Shown here piece by piece: positions 8,257-17,091 of a DNA stretch of 62,274 nt. A program made the translations under genes and the position numbers. How positions within the stretch are numbered: position 1 is the first letter of the stretch; each line of letters starts with the position of its first letter. The notes under the pieces were generated by a model that saw only the letters and a list, made by a program, of their open reading frames with translations, made no database searches and was not told the origin of the DNA. Origin of the DNA: a virus; the IMG/VR virus record IMGVR_UViG_3300037419_000445; one strand, given 5' to 3'.

Positions 8257-8345
8257 TGGAGTTTGGCTTCTGGCTATCAATCATATCGCTGGCGGTGTCT
8301 TCGTTCTCTCTGGGCTTTGCCTTGCGTGGTTTGTTGGAAGGGTGA
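8256..8345 (+). CDS. possible 29-aa hydrophobic peptide
   Basis: MEFGFWLSIISLAVSSFSLGFALRGLLEG after a GGAGGCGGCGTGATG junction. Confidence 0.3.
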   Translation: MEFGFWLSIISLAVSSFSLGFALRGLLEG

Positions 8346-8348
8346 GCA

Positions 8349-8495
8349 ATGAAAGATCACCATGGACATTTCTGGGTTTGTTTTTGGCTTTTCATGATTT
8401 GGCTAGCCATGCCGTCGTTCTCACAAGTTGAGAACATAAACCAGTCACTCGAGAAGATCGCAACGAGCATTAGCCAAACCAACACTGCACGCTAG
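8349..8495 (+). CDS. possible 48-aa membrane peptide
   Basis: MKDHHGHFWVCFWLFMIWLAMPSFSQ... Confidence 0.3.
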   Translation: MKDHHGHFWVCFWLFMIWLAMPSFSQVENINQSLEKIATSISQTNTAR

Positions 8496-8571
8496 TGCGG
8501 TCATTAAAGCACGATCGGCCCTTTAGCCGAGTGCTACGCGGTACAGCCGCAACCCGGACCACGGGAATCAT

Positions 8572-9144
8572 ATGGCACAACTTGGGACTAAATTTAACGC
8601 GCAAGAGCATGATACCGAGCAGCGTGATTACGAGAACCTGCCGGAAGGAATCTACAAGCTTGAGGTTACCGAGGCCGATGTTGCTGCTACCAAAAAGGGT
8701 GACGGCACGCTTCTGAAACTGCGCTACGGCGTGATTGAGCCGGAAGAGTATAAGGGCCGACTTATCTTCGGAAACATCACGCTCGAAAACCCGAACGCTC
8801 AGGCCCAGGAGATCGGCCAGAAGCAGCTCGCGAGCCTGTGCCGTGCGATCGGCCTGTCCGAGATCGAGGACAGCGACGAGCTGAAATTCCAGAGCTTCAC
8901 CGCGAAGGTTGGCTTGTCGAAGCGACGTGAAGTGGCCGGGACGACTTATGAGCCTCGCAACGAGGTGAAGCGGTACTACTTCCCCGACGCAGACGACATG
9001 CCTGAAATCGGCGTGATCGCTGCTGCACCTAAACCCGCCAACGATAACCGTCCTGCAAGCGGCGACGCCCGCACGACGCAGAACGGTGGCGCGGCGGCAA
9101 CTACTGCGGCGGGTGGCAAGAGCCGGCCTTGGGGTCGCAAGTAA
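8572..9144 (+). CDS. DUF669-like protein (putative phage ssDNA-binding protein)
   Basis: LPEGIYKLEVTEADV...GTLLKLRYGVIEPEEYKGRLIF pattern, adjacent to Sak4. The disordered C-tail carries PANDNRP (9037-9048). Confidence 0.65.
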   Translation: MAQLGTKFNAQEHDTEQRDYENLPEGIYKLEVTEADVAATKKGDGTLLKLRYGVIEPEEYKGRLIFGNITLENPNAQAQEIGQKQLASLCRAIGLSEIEDSDELKFQSFTAKVGLSKRREVAGTTYEPRNEVKRYYFPDADDMPEIGVIAAAPKPANDNRPASGDARTTQNGGAAATTAAGGKSRPWGRK

Positions 9145-9157
9145 CGCAGCAACACAT

Positions 9158-9182
9158 TACTGGTGCGCACCGCGCACCAGTA
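9158..9182 (+). other. Perfect 11-bp stem hairpin (TACTGGTGCGC-acc-GCGCACCAGTA)
   Basis: Read directly. No U-tail follows, so its role as a terminator is uncertain. Confidence 0.35.
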
Positions 9183-9208
9183 GTCCAACAAAGTCAAAGG
9201 GAAACACA

Positions 9209-9457
9209 ATGATCAACGCAATTCCCGTTATCGGCTGGGCGCTATCGCTGTTCTTCGCGGCCAGCCTTGCCGTACCGTTCTGGTTTATCTGGACCGTATG
9301 TGGCATCGGCGCGACCTACGCGTATTGGCTGCCGGCCGTGTATCTCGCGCCAGGCTTCTGGATCTGCGTCGGCCTGTTCATCGTGGCGTCAATCATCAAG
9401 CGAGTGTTCGTACCGACGATTGTGAGCGTGTCGCAGAGCGCGGACAAATCCGCATGA
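9209..9457 (+). CDS. membrane protein
   Basis: MINAIPVIGWALSLFFAASLAVPFWFIWTVCGIG...GFWICVGLFIVASIIK, about three TM segments. Confidence 0.5.
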   Translation: MINAIPVIGWALSLFFAASLAVPFWFIWTVCGIGATYAYWLPAVYLAPGFWICVGLFIVASIIKRVFVPTIVSVSQSADKSA

Positions 9458-9633
9458 TGAACATCTACCACGTCTACATCATGCGCGACGACCTTGAGAA
9501 GTGGATTGCGTTGGCGCTCTACAGCACCGAGCAGGCCGAACTTCTCGGGCAGGCGTTTCCCGACATCACGCGGATTGAGACGTGGAACGGCGACGTTGTT
9601 TACAAATCGAAGCACAAACGGACGGTGCATTGA
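9454..9633 (+). CDS. hypothetical protein
   Basis: MMNIYHVYIMRDDLEKW... with an ATGA overlap. Confidence 0.45.
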   Translation: MMNIYHVYIMRDDLEKWIALALYSTEQAELLGQAFPDITRIETWNGDVVYKSKHKRTVH

Positions 9634-9634
9634 G

Positions 9635-9895
9635 ATGAGCGAGTGGCAAACGATGGAAAGTGCGCCACGTGATGGCCGAGTAATCGACTTGACGTGGATG
9701 GAGGGCGGTAAGCCGCAAGAGGTTTGGCCAATGCAATGGGGACACATTCAGCGCAATGGGTTGTTCGCGCCTGGTGTGACCGGAATGTGGGTGGCGCCGG
9801 ACGGGTCAATCACATGGACCGAGCATGACCCGTATGGAGCGCCGACCCACTGGCGAGAGACACAGAACTACCGTCCTGAACATGCGGTGCATTGA
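9635..9895 (+). CDS. hypothetical protein (MESAPRDG-type small phage protein)
   Basis: MSEWQTMESAPRDGRVIDL... Confidence 0.5.
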   Translation: MSEWQTMESAPRDGRVIDLTWMEGGKPQEVWPMQWGHIQRNGLFAPGVTGMWVAPDGSITWTEHDPYGAPTHWRETQNYRPEHAVH

Positions 9896-10098
9896 TGACA
9901 CCCGCCACCCAGCACGACTACAGCCTGCACCCCGCCAACTGGACGTGGGCGATGCATGAGGAAGCAACGCCGGAACAGATGGCCGTCTACAACAAGTGGT
10001 GGTGGGCATCTGTGACCGGAACGAACCTTGAGAAGTGGATGGCGGACGAGAAAATCGACGCTGACATCTACGAGCGCGACAAGGAGTGGGTGCATTGA
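9892..10098 (+). CDS. hypothetical protein
   Basis: 68-aa ORF with an ATGA overlap. Confidence 0.45.
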   Translation: MMTPATQHDYSLHPANWTWAMHEEATPEQMAVYNKWWWASVTGTNLEKWMADEKIDADIYERDKEWVH

Positions 10099-10277
10099 GC
10101 AAAAAACACCGAGATTGGGCTGACGAAGAAGCCGTCATTCTGTTGGGTGAGAAGGCCGGCCTACAAATTGCTCGCGTCGCTCATGCTCTGCGTGAGGCGA
10201 GACAAGAAGGTTTCGATGCGGGTTACAGCGAAGGTTTCGACATCGGCCGCGAAGACGACCGCTACGACAGAATGTAA
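10086..10277 (+). CDS. hypothetical protein
   Basis: 63-aa ORF with a GTG/TTG start. Confidence 0.4.
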   Translation: MGALSKKHRDWADEEAVILLGEKAGLQIARVAHALREARQEGFDAGYSEGFDIGREDDRYDRM

Positions 10278-10324
10278 ATGCCAACACCGCCGCACGTTAG
10301 TGCAGCCTTTACACGGGTGAACCC

Positions 10325-11377
10325 ATGACCCTCTCTATTCAACGCGCCGATCTGGCGCGAATCCTTTCGCTCGCCACCAAAGCAACCGAGAGCCGCAATA
10401 CCATTCCGATTTTGGCCAATGTGCTGCTGATTGCGGACGGCAGCAATCTGCAGGTTATCGGCACCGACCTCGATATTGAATACAGCGCAAGTGCGCCATG
10501 CTCTGGCGAGCAGGGCAGCACCACGGTCGACGCGCGCCGGTTGGCCGACATCGCCAAGCGGTTGTCTGGCGATACGGTAACGCTAGAATTGAAGAACGGC
10601 GCGCTGGTGGTCAAATCCGGCCGTTCGCGCTTTAGCCTGCCTACCTTGGCGGTTGAAGACTTCCCGCGCCTCGATAGTGGCGTGTTCGATGCCGAGTTTA
10701 AGATTGATTTGGCCTCACTGGTCGCGCCGGTTAAGTTTGCAATGTCGTCGGAGCCGGCTCGGTATTACCTCAACGGCGTTTACTTGCACGAAGCAGAAGG
10801 CCAGTTGCGCGCGGTCGCCACTGACGGACACCGCTTGTCGCACAACAGCGTGGCGCACCCGATGCCAACCGCGCCCGGCGTCATTATTCCCAGCAAAACT
10901 GTTGGTCTTATCCCGGCTGGCGTTATCGACGTTGGGCTGTCGAAAAACAAGGTGCGCCTCGCCACTGCCGACACCATCATTGTGTCGAAGCTGATCGATG
11001 GCACGTTCCCAGATTACGTTCGGGTCATTCCCCATGGCAATGACAAGCAACTGACCGTTAGCCGCAAGGAGTTAGCGAGTGCAGTTAGCCGCGTGGCGTC
11101 CATTGCGTCAGAACGCAGCCGAGCGGCTAAGTTCTCGTTGGCCGGCGACAACATCGCAATATCGATGACGTCGGACGAGGGCGCAGCCCGAGAGGACGTG
11201 CCTGCAACATACAGCGCCGAGCCGTTGGAGATTGGGTTCAACAGCGCATACGTGGGGGACGTGTTGGGCGCGCTGACTGGCGATGAAATCACAGTGTCGC
11301 TGGGTGACCCAGGTTCGCCTGCCTTGTTTCGTGGGGCCGGCGAAGGACAAATCGTTTTGATGCCGATGAGGGTATGA
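10325..11377 (+). CDS. dnaN: DNA polymerase III beta subunit (sliding clamp), phage-encoded
   Basis: LSIQRADLARILSLATKATESRNTIPILANVLLIADGSNLQVIGTDLDIE...FPDYVRVIP...LMPMRV gives full-length DnaN architecture. Confidence 0.9.
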   Translation: MTLSIQRADLARILSLATKATESRNTIPILANVLLIADGSNLQVIGTDLDIEYSASAPCSGEQGSTTVDARRLADIAKRLSGDTVTLELKNGALVVKSGRSRFSLPTLAVEDFPRLDSGVFDAEFKIDLASLVAPVKFAMSSEPARYYLNGVYLHEAEGQLRAVATDGHRLSHNSVAHPMPTAPGVIIPSKTVGLIPAGVIDVGLSKNKVRLATADTIIVSKLIDGTFPDYVRVIPHGNDKQLTVSRKELASAVSRVASIASERSRAAKFSLAGDNIAISMTSDEGAAREDVPATYSAEPLEIGFNSAYVGDVLGALTGDEITVSLGDPGSPALFRGAGEGQIVLMPMRV

Positions 11378-11380
11378 CGC

Positions 11381-11707
11381 ATGCCGTGGCCACCAGAAGA
11401 TGGATACCCGTACATGCCCGCGAACGGCACTGAAGGAGAAATCTTTCAGGACGGATGGTGTGTGCATTGCGCGCGAGATGCGGCGTTCAGGAAATCATAC
11501 GAGGAAACAAGCGGCAATCCAGACTGTGACGGATGCTCAATTCTTGGCGCGTCGCTGTGTGGTGAACAACCCAAAGAGTGGTTCTGGCGAAAGGGCGAGC
11601 CCCACTGTTCGGCATACACCGAAGACCCGAACTGTCCGGTGGGATGCCCGGAAACGTTGGAAATGTTCCGCTCGGATGATCGAGAAGTGATGGGGAGGGC
11701 GGCGTGA
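11381..11707 (+). CDS. Cys-rich hypothetical protein
   Basis: PANGTEGEIFQDGWCVHCARD...CDGCSILG...CPVGCPE. Confidence 0.55.
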   Translation: MPWPPEDGYPYMPANGTEGEIFQDGWCVHCARDAAFRKSYEETSGNPDCDGCSILGASLCGEQPKEWFWRKGEPHCSAYTEDPNCPVGCPETLEMFRSDDREVMGRAA

Positions 11708-11997
11708 GCGAGACACCGAGCGCGAGACGGCGAAAAGGACGCGAAGCCTACTATCGCGGCGGAAACCCGAACGACCATAATCCGTATCAATTTAATTCTG
11801 GGGTTTGTAGCCAGAGGATTGATTGGCTTGAGGGTTGGCAAGAAGCCTCAGCCGCGGATGCAGAAAATATTAAGTTAGAAGCCGCGAGAGACGAATTGCG
11901 CGACTTGCCCATATCTCTCGCCATCGACGCTGCACAGACGGACGATGACGTGAAGGAAATCCTGCGGCGCATCGCAGAGCATGTTGGGATGGAATAA
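11704..11997 (+). CDS. Rmf-like domain protein (tentative)
   Basis: GREAYYRGGNP..NPYQFNSGVCSQRIDWLEGWQEA resembles the ribosome-modulation-factor motif. Confidence 0.4.
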   Translation: MSETPSARRRKGREAYYRGGNPNDHNPYQFNSGVCSQRIDWLEGWQEASAADAENIKLEAARDELRDLPISLAIDAAQTDDDVKEILRRIAEHVGME

Positions 11998-12212
11998 TGT
12001 CCACCATCACAATCAACTGGCTATCCGACTCCTACGACGGCTGCGAGACTTGCGGTTCGTCGTGGGCAGAAGGTGCGCGTGTGTATGTAGACGGCAAGCT
12101 TGAGCTTGACCTTGAACCAACTGCGCATTGCCACTCGGGCACGCATTACGATCAGCAAGACGTTTACGATCGCTTGCTACGCCATCTCGGGCATACCGTG
12201 GAGCATGGGTAA
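11997..12212 (+). CDS. hypothetical protein
   Basis: 71-aa ORF with a TAATG overlap. Confidence 0.45.
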   Translation: MSTITINWLSDSYDGCETCGSSWAEGARVYVDGKLELDLEPTAHCHSGTHYDQQDVYDRLLRHLGHTVEHG

Positions 12213-13175
12213 GTGGCACCACTTCCGCAGGTAATTAGTCCAACGCTCAAAGCCGTGCGCCGTGCATTGGAGTCTGGTCACGACGATTGGGAGTCTGTCG
12301 GCGTGCCTGCCGGTGACATCGGAGTTGAGTGCGACAGGGCCATCTGGTTCTCGTTCCGCCGGGCGTCTCCGAAGGAGGAAATCAACTGGAAGACTCGGCG
12401 CATCTTTGAACGAGGCAATATCGAGGAGCCCCGCTTACTAGATCTGCTGCGGTCTATTGGTTGCACGGTATGGGGCGAGCAAGACCGCGTTCGGGCTGTC
12501 GGCGGACATCTCCGCGGAAAGATAGATGGGCGCGGGCTTGGAATTCTGGAGGCGCCGTCCAAAGAGCACGTCATTGAGTGCAAGTCTGCCAAGCAAGAGA
12601 AATTCGCGCCAGTTAAGAAGAATGGCGTGAAAATCGCTATGCCACTGCATTACGCCACCTTCCAGTTTTATATGCACGGGCTCGGTATCGATCGCGTTTT
12701 CTACATGATGTCGAATAAGAACGACGAGGATTTGCACTTTGAGCGCGTGCCTTACGATGCAGACTTCGCCATTCGAGCAGTCGCTAGGATTGAACGCATC
12801 GTGAATATGCCAAACCCACCTTCGCGGTTGTGTACTAAGCGTGACGACTTCCGCGGGATGTTCTGCCGGCAGCAAGAGGTTTGCTGGGGAGAGCGCAAGC
12901 CTCGAGCTCATTGCAGAACGTGTATCCATTCCACGCCACTGATGGACGGCAACGCTGGGTGGGACTGTTCGCGCTGGCAAAAGCCGTTGTCGCTTGAAGA
13001 GCAGGACGCTGGGTGCCCTGCGCATTTGTTTATCCCGCAAACGTTAGTTGGGTACGAGCAAGTGGACGCTGACGAAGAAGCTGAGACGATTACGTATCGG
13101 CGTGAGAGCGACGGTAAAACGTGGGTTGATGGCGCGGCGAACGACAACGACGGCGAGAAGGAGAATGCGGCGTGA
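12213..13175 (+). CDS. PD-(D/E)XK nuclease (Cas4/RecB-like exonuclease) with a C-terminal Cys cluster
   Basis: GKIDGRGL...HVIECKSAK is the D...E-x-K core. The Cys cluster is CTKRDDFRGMFCRQQEVC...CRTC...C...C. The C-tail carries AANDND (13137-13148). Confidence 0.65.
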   Translation: MAPLPQVISPTLKAVRRALESGHDDWESVGVPAGDIGVECDRAIWFSFRRASPKEEINWKTRRIFERGNIEEPRLLDLLRSIGCTVWGEQDRVRAVGGHLRGKIDGRGLGILEAPSKEHVIECKSAKQEKFAPVKKNGVKIAMPLHYATFQFYMHGLGIDRVFYMMSNKNDEDLHFERVPYDADFAIRAVARIERIVNMPNPPSRLCTKRDDFRGMFCRQQEVCWGERKPRAHCRTCIHSTPLMDGNAGWDCSRWQKPLSLEEQDAGCPAHLFIPQTLVGYEQVDADEEAETITYRRESDGKTWVDGAANDNDGEKENAA

Positions 13176-13399
13176 ATATTGAACCGTACCAGTCGACTGC
13201 TCTGCAGATTATGAAACTGGCGAATGAACAAGCAGACGCCACCAAACTAGCATTTGACGCGCTCATTGAGATTGACCGAATCTGCCGTACCCCAACCTCG
13301 GCCGGAGAAAAGGCTGGTCGGCACTTTCAGCGAGACTTCGACGCAATCCGTAGGCTTACTGCTCCGTTCTGCGCCCCCTCCCACCCGGTGGCAGCATGA
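13172..13399 (+). CDS. hypothetical protein
   Basis: 75-aa ORF with a GTGA overlap. Confidence 0.45.
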   Translation: MNIEPYQSTALQIMKLANEQADATKLAFDALIEIDRICRTPTSAGEKAGRHFQRDFDAIRRLTAPFCAPSHPVAA

Positions 13400-13917
13400 C
13401 CAAAGCCCGCACCCACCCGCACGCCAATGATAATAGGCCAGCTTGGTTCGACGCACTTCTGGTGCAGTACATGCCGTTCCTGCATCGAAAGTGTACCGAC
13501 CAAGCCAAGGGAGTCGACCGCGAAGACCTGGCGCAGGAGGCGATGAGGTACATCCTCGACTATTGGTACAGGTTCCGCAGCGATGGAATTTTCACATCGT
13601 GGGTTACGCTGATGGTGAGTGAGGCGCGCAGAGATATGATGCTGCGCCATGACAAGGGCGCAAGAGCCAAGGAGTCTGTAGCGGTGCTGCAATCATACTC
13701 GCCAGCTTCGCAGGAGAGTGCAGCCATGTTGTCAGAGACGTCCGATCGATTGGGTGACGCGGCACCACTAGCTGCAATGATCGGCGCTGGCTTTAGCCAA
13801 GCTGAGATCGGCGCCGCCACTGGTGTGAGCATTTTTACTGTTGAGCGTCGCGTCAAGGCGATGCGCGGGCTGCTGGCCGCCAACGAGAACCGAAAGTCAG
13901 TTCGGAAGGCTGGTTGA
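13396..13917 (+). CDS. sigma-70 family (ECF-like) RNA polymerase sigma factor
   Basis: Region 2-like is EDLAQEAMRYILDYWYRFRSDGIFTSWV. Region 4 HTH is GFSQAEIGAATGVSIFTVERRVKAMRGLL. The N-terminus carries HANDNRPAW (13423-13434). Confidence 0.7.
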   Translation: MTKARTHPHANDNRPAWFDALLVQYMPFLHRKCTDQAKGVDREDLAQEAMRYILDYWYRFRSDGIFTSWVTLMVSEARRDMMLRHDKGARAKESVAVLQSYSPASQESAAMLSETSDRLGDAAPLAAMIGAGFSQAEIGAATGVSIFTVERRVKAMRGLLAANENRKSVRKAG

Positions 13918-14262
13918 ATGCGATTGGTGGTGACTGGAGGGCGAGACTACAGCGACACAGCAGCGGCATTCGCTGCGCTGGATGATCTACACGCGTGCAA
14001 ACCAATTACAGTACTAATTCAAGGCGAGGCTCGTGGGTTAGATGCACGCGCAAAGAATTGGGCATTTCGGCGCGGTGTTCCCTGCGCCAGCTTCGCAGCG
14101 CAGTGGGATAAATACGACAAAGACGCTGGCGGAATACGGAATCAACAAATGATTGATGAAGGAAAGCCGGACTACGGATTGGTTTTCCCCGGTGGGTATG
14201 GGACTGCGGATATGCGGCGAAGGCTGGTTGCTGCGGGAATACCGTTTGAGGATGTGAAGTGA
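13918..14262 (+). CDS. DUF2493 / SLOG-family (YspA-like) protein
   Basis: RLVVTGGRDY...VLIQGEARGLDARAKNWA...AGGIRNQQMI...VFPGGYGTADM. Confidence 0.6.
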   Translation: MRLVVTGGRDYSDTAAAFAALDDLHACKPITVLIQGEARGLDARAKNWAFRRGVPCASFAAQWDKYDKDAGGIRNQQMIDEGKPDYGLVFPGGYGTADMRRRLVAAGIPFEDVK

Positions 14263-15995
14263 TGCCTCTTCGTTATTACCAGAAGGAATCGCTTAAGGCG
14301 GTGTTTGACTATTGGGATAAGCATCCCGGCCACCCTCTTGTCGATATGGCTACTGGAGTTGGAAAGTCTATCACGCAGGCAACGCTGGCCATGGACCTTA
14401 TTAAGGGCTGGCCGGATATGCGTGTGATGTCGGCAACGCACGTTGTTGAATTGATTGAAGCTAATTTCAAGGAGCTTATTGGTATCTGGCCGTTTGCCCC
14501 AGCGGGTATTTGTGCGGCGTCGCTTGGACAGCGTGACTTCAGATCGCAAATCATATTCGCGCAACTGCAGACTGTCTGGAATAAGGCTGCGCAGATTGGA
14601 CACATCGATGTTCTAATCATCGATGAGGTGCATCTTGTGCCTGCAAAAGCTAACACGATGTATCGCAAGCTTATTGATGCCTTGCTGGTCATAAATCCAG
14701 ACATGAAGATTGTCGGTTATAGCGCCACGCTTTACCGGCTTGATAGCGGGCGACTGGATGAAGGTGACGACAAGCTATTCGATCAGGTTGTTTACGAGTA
14801 CGGCATTCGTCGCGGCATTGAAGATGGCTACCTCTGCCCGATAACGTCTAAACCGACAGGAACCAAGTACGACCTATCCGGTGTTGGAAAGTCGATGGGG
14901 GACTATAAGCTGAGCGATTATCGCGCTGCGGTTGATACCGAGATATTAAACAAGCGCGTGGTCGAAGAGGTCATGGACGTCGAAGGCCACAGGAAGTCGG
15001 CGCTGTTCTTCTGTCGTGGGGTGGAGCACGCCACACATATGAGGGATATGGTGCAGGCGGCTGGCCGCACTTGTGAGATCGTTCACGGCGGGACGCCATC
15101 AACGGTGCGGCGTAAGTTAATCGCAGCCTTGAAGGCCGGTGAAATATGGGCGCTTAGCAACGACAATGTATTATCGACTGGAACCAATATCCCGGGTGTG
15201 GATCTAATTGTTGACACCTATAAAACTCTTTCTGCCGGCCGTTATGCGCAGCGCGTAGGTCGTGGCACGCGAGTTATCTACCCTCACGGGTTTGACCCAG
15301 AAGCAGTCGACGCAACTGAAAGGCGTGCGGCTATCGCATCGGGTATCAAGCCAAATTGTCGTTACATGGACTTTGCCGGAAACATCGATGCTCACGGTCC
15401 AGTGGACATGATTAATCCTAAGAAGCCCGGCAAGGGTGAGGGACAAGCACCGATCAAAATCTGCCCGACGTGCGAGGAAATTAATCACGCGAGTGTCCGT
15501 GTGTGCTCGTGCTGTGGATTCGAATTTGAATTTAACACCGCCCCGAAGTTCACTGCCCGTGCAAGCGACGCACCAATTATATCGAGCGACACGCCAAACT
15601 GGCGCACTGTTACAGGTCGCCATTTCAGGGAACACCCGGCCAAGCCTGGGAAGCCCCCGAGCGTGCGTGTGGATTACAAGCTCGGCATGAATGTTCAGAA
15701 GGATTACTTGTGCCCTCAACATGGCGGGCGCGCTGCGGCGAAGGCTTGTAGGTATTGGAAGGACCACGCTGGGAAGTTTCCATATCCAAAAACGACTGCG
15801 GAATGGCTAGACCGGGTAGGAGAACTTCTTACGACTGTAGAGATTGCGACTGCGCCAGATAAGGACAATCCGCGCTACATTAACGTAAGGGATTGGCGCG
15901 CTGGTTCTGCTACGCAAGTTGCCGAACCAGCAAACGACAACTGGAAGCCGCTGATGGCGGCGGGTGATGATTGGGCGGAGGATATACCGTTTTGA
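14259..15995 (+). CDS. SF2 DEAD/DEAH-box DNA helicase with a Zn ribbon
   Basis: Motif I is DMATGVGKS and motif II is IIDEVH. Further motifs are SATLYR and QRVGRGTR. The ribbon is CPTCEE...CSCCG. The C-tail is PANDNWKP...DDWAEDIPF. Confidence 0.85.
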   Translation: MMPLRYYQKESLKAVFDYWDKHPGHPLVDMATGVGKSITQATLAMDLIKGWPDMRVMSATHVVELIEANFKELIGIWPFAPAGICAASLGQRDFRSQIIFAQLQTVWNKAAQIGHIDVLIIDEVHLVPAKANTMYRKLIDALLVINPDMKIVGYSATLYRLDSGRLDEGDDKLFDQVVYEYGIRRGIEDGYLCPITSKPTGTKYDLSGVGKSMGDYKLSDYRAAVDTEILNKRVVEEVMDVEGHRKSALFFCRGVEHATHMRDMVQAAGRTCEIVHGGTPSTVRRKLIAALKAGEIWALSNDNVLSTGTNIPGVDLIVDTYKTLSAGRYAQRVGRGTRVIYPHGFDPEAVDATERRAAIASGIKPNCRYMDFAGNIDAHGPVDMINPKKPGKGEGQAPIKICPTCEEINHASVRVCSCCGFEFEFNTAPKFTARASDAPIISSDTPNWRTVTGRHFREHPAKPGKPPSVRVDYKLGMNVQKDYLCPQHGGRAAAKACRYWKDHAGKFPYPKTTAEWLDRVGELLTTVEIATAPDKDNPRYINVRDWRAGSATQVAEPANDNWKPLMAAGDDWAEDIPF

Positions 15996-16222
15996 TTTAC
16001 CTATACGTGACATTGCGAGAGCGACTTTATGAAGCGTCAATCAACGGCAACGAGCTTGCGCACGAAGCCGTGGAGGAAATCAACAGACTGGATAAGATCA
16101 TTAAAGACCTAACTTCAAGCGCAGTACCAGCATTGCTGGCGTCAAAAGCAGGGATGCTGCTTGGTGACGAATTCACAGAGCGACTTGAGAAATCTGTTGC
16201 TAATGCGAGAAAGTGCGCGTGA
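15992..16222 (+). CDS. hypothetical coiled-coil protein
   Basis: The track ORF is 15971-16222. The TTG at 15992 follows GGAGGA and overlaps the helicase stop as TTGA. Confidence 0.4.
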   Translation: MIYLYVTLRERLYEASINGNELAHEAVEEINRLDKIIKDLTSSAVPALLASKAGMLLGDEFTERLEKSVANARKCA

Positions 16223-16782
16223 TGGCAAAAATAGGTTACGCAGACCCTCCGTACATCGGTTGCGCTCACCTCTACAAAGACCACCCGGATTTTGCCGGAG
16301 AGGTAGATCATGCCGCGTTAATCGAGAGGCTGGAGTCTGAATATGATGGATGGGTGCTTCATGCTTCTGCAACACCTACCAGCATGGCCGTCCTTGCGCC
16401 TCTGGTAGCCAAGACATCGGCGCGCTGGTGTTCATGGGTGAAGGGCTTTGCAGCATTCAAACGCAACGTTCCGGTAGCCTACGCATGGGAGCCGGTCATT
16501 ATCAAACCTGCTCGCAAGCCGGTTGTCAGCAAGCGGCAGGTGAACCGCGACTGGATTCAAGAAAGCATCACCCTCAAGCGCGGCCTGACAGGCGCGAAGC
16601 CGGAAGCCGTCTGCCATTGGGCTTTCGAACTATCAGCTGCGCGACCTGACGACGAACTAGACGACATGTTTCCGGGCACTGGCGCAGTAGGTCGCGCGTG
16701 GAAAACATGGCAGGGCAAGTTCACGCTTCCTGCCAACGATAACTCTCCTTTATTCGCTACTGCGCAGCGTAGCGCGCAATAG
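16222..16782 (+). CDS. minimal beta-class DNA methyltransferase (N6A/N4C type)
   Basis: The N-terminus has GYADPPY and the C-terminus has DDMFPGTGAVG, which is the beta-class order of motif IV before motif I. The tail carries PANDNSPLF. Confidence 0.65.
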   Translation: MAKIGYADPPYIGCAHLYKDHPDFAGEVDHAALIERLESEYDGWVLHASATPTSMAVLAPLVAKTSARWCSWVKGFAAFKRNVPVAYAWEPVIIKPARKPVVSKRQVNRDWIQESITLKRGLTGAKPEAVCHWAFELSAARPDDELDDMFPGTGAVGRAWKTWQGKFTLPANDNSPLFATAQRSAQ

Positions 16783-16839
16783 CAGCAGTGCGCGGCCAAG
16801 TGCCGAGATACCGCGTGCAACTCCCGCTGTGGAGCAAGC

Positions 16840-17091
16840 ATGACTAACAATAAGCCACAAGACGGCAAACAATCCCGCCGCGCCAGCCTAGCCGAGAGCC
16901 TGGCCAACATCGCAATCGGCTATTGCGTAGCAATAGCGGCACAAGTCGTCATCTTTCCTTTGTTCGGGATTCATATCGGTGCAGGTGAGCATGCTGCCAT
17001 CGGCGCGCTATTCACGGCTGTGTCGCTCGTTCGCAGCTATGCGTTGAGGCGGTTGTTTGAGACGTTGCGGGTTAGTGGGGTGCTTTCGTAA
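16840..17091 (+). CDS. small membrane protein
   Basis: SLANIAIGYCVAIAAQVVIFPLFGIHIG...AIGALFTAVSLV. Confidence 0.5.
   Translation: MTNNKPQDGKQSRRASLAESLANIAIGYCVAIAAQVVIFPLFGIHIGAGEHAAIGALFTAVSLVRSYALRRLFETLRVSGVLS

Noticed and set aside
8240-8431. 63-aa track ORF overlapping the Sak4-like gene end.
   Set aside because: Two shorter ORFs in other frames (8256-8345 and 8349-8495) use the genome's standard GTGATG coupling and give cleaner hydrophobic peptides. All three remain low confidence.
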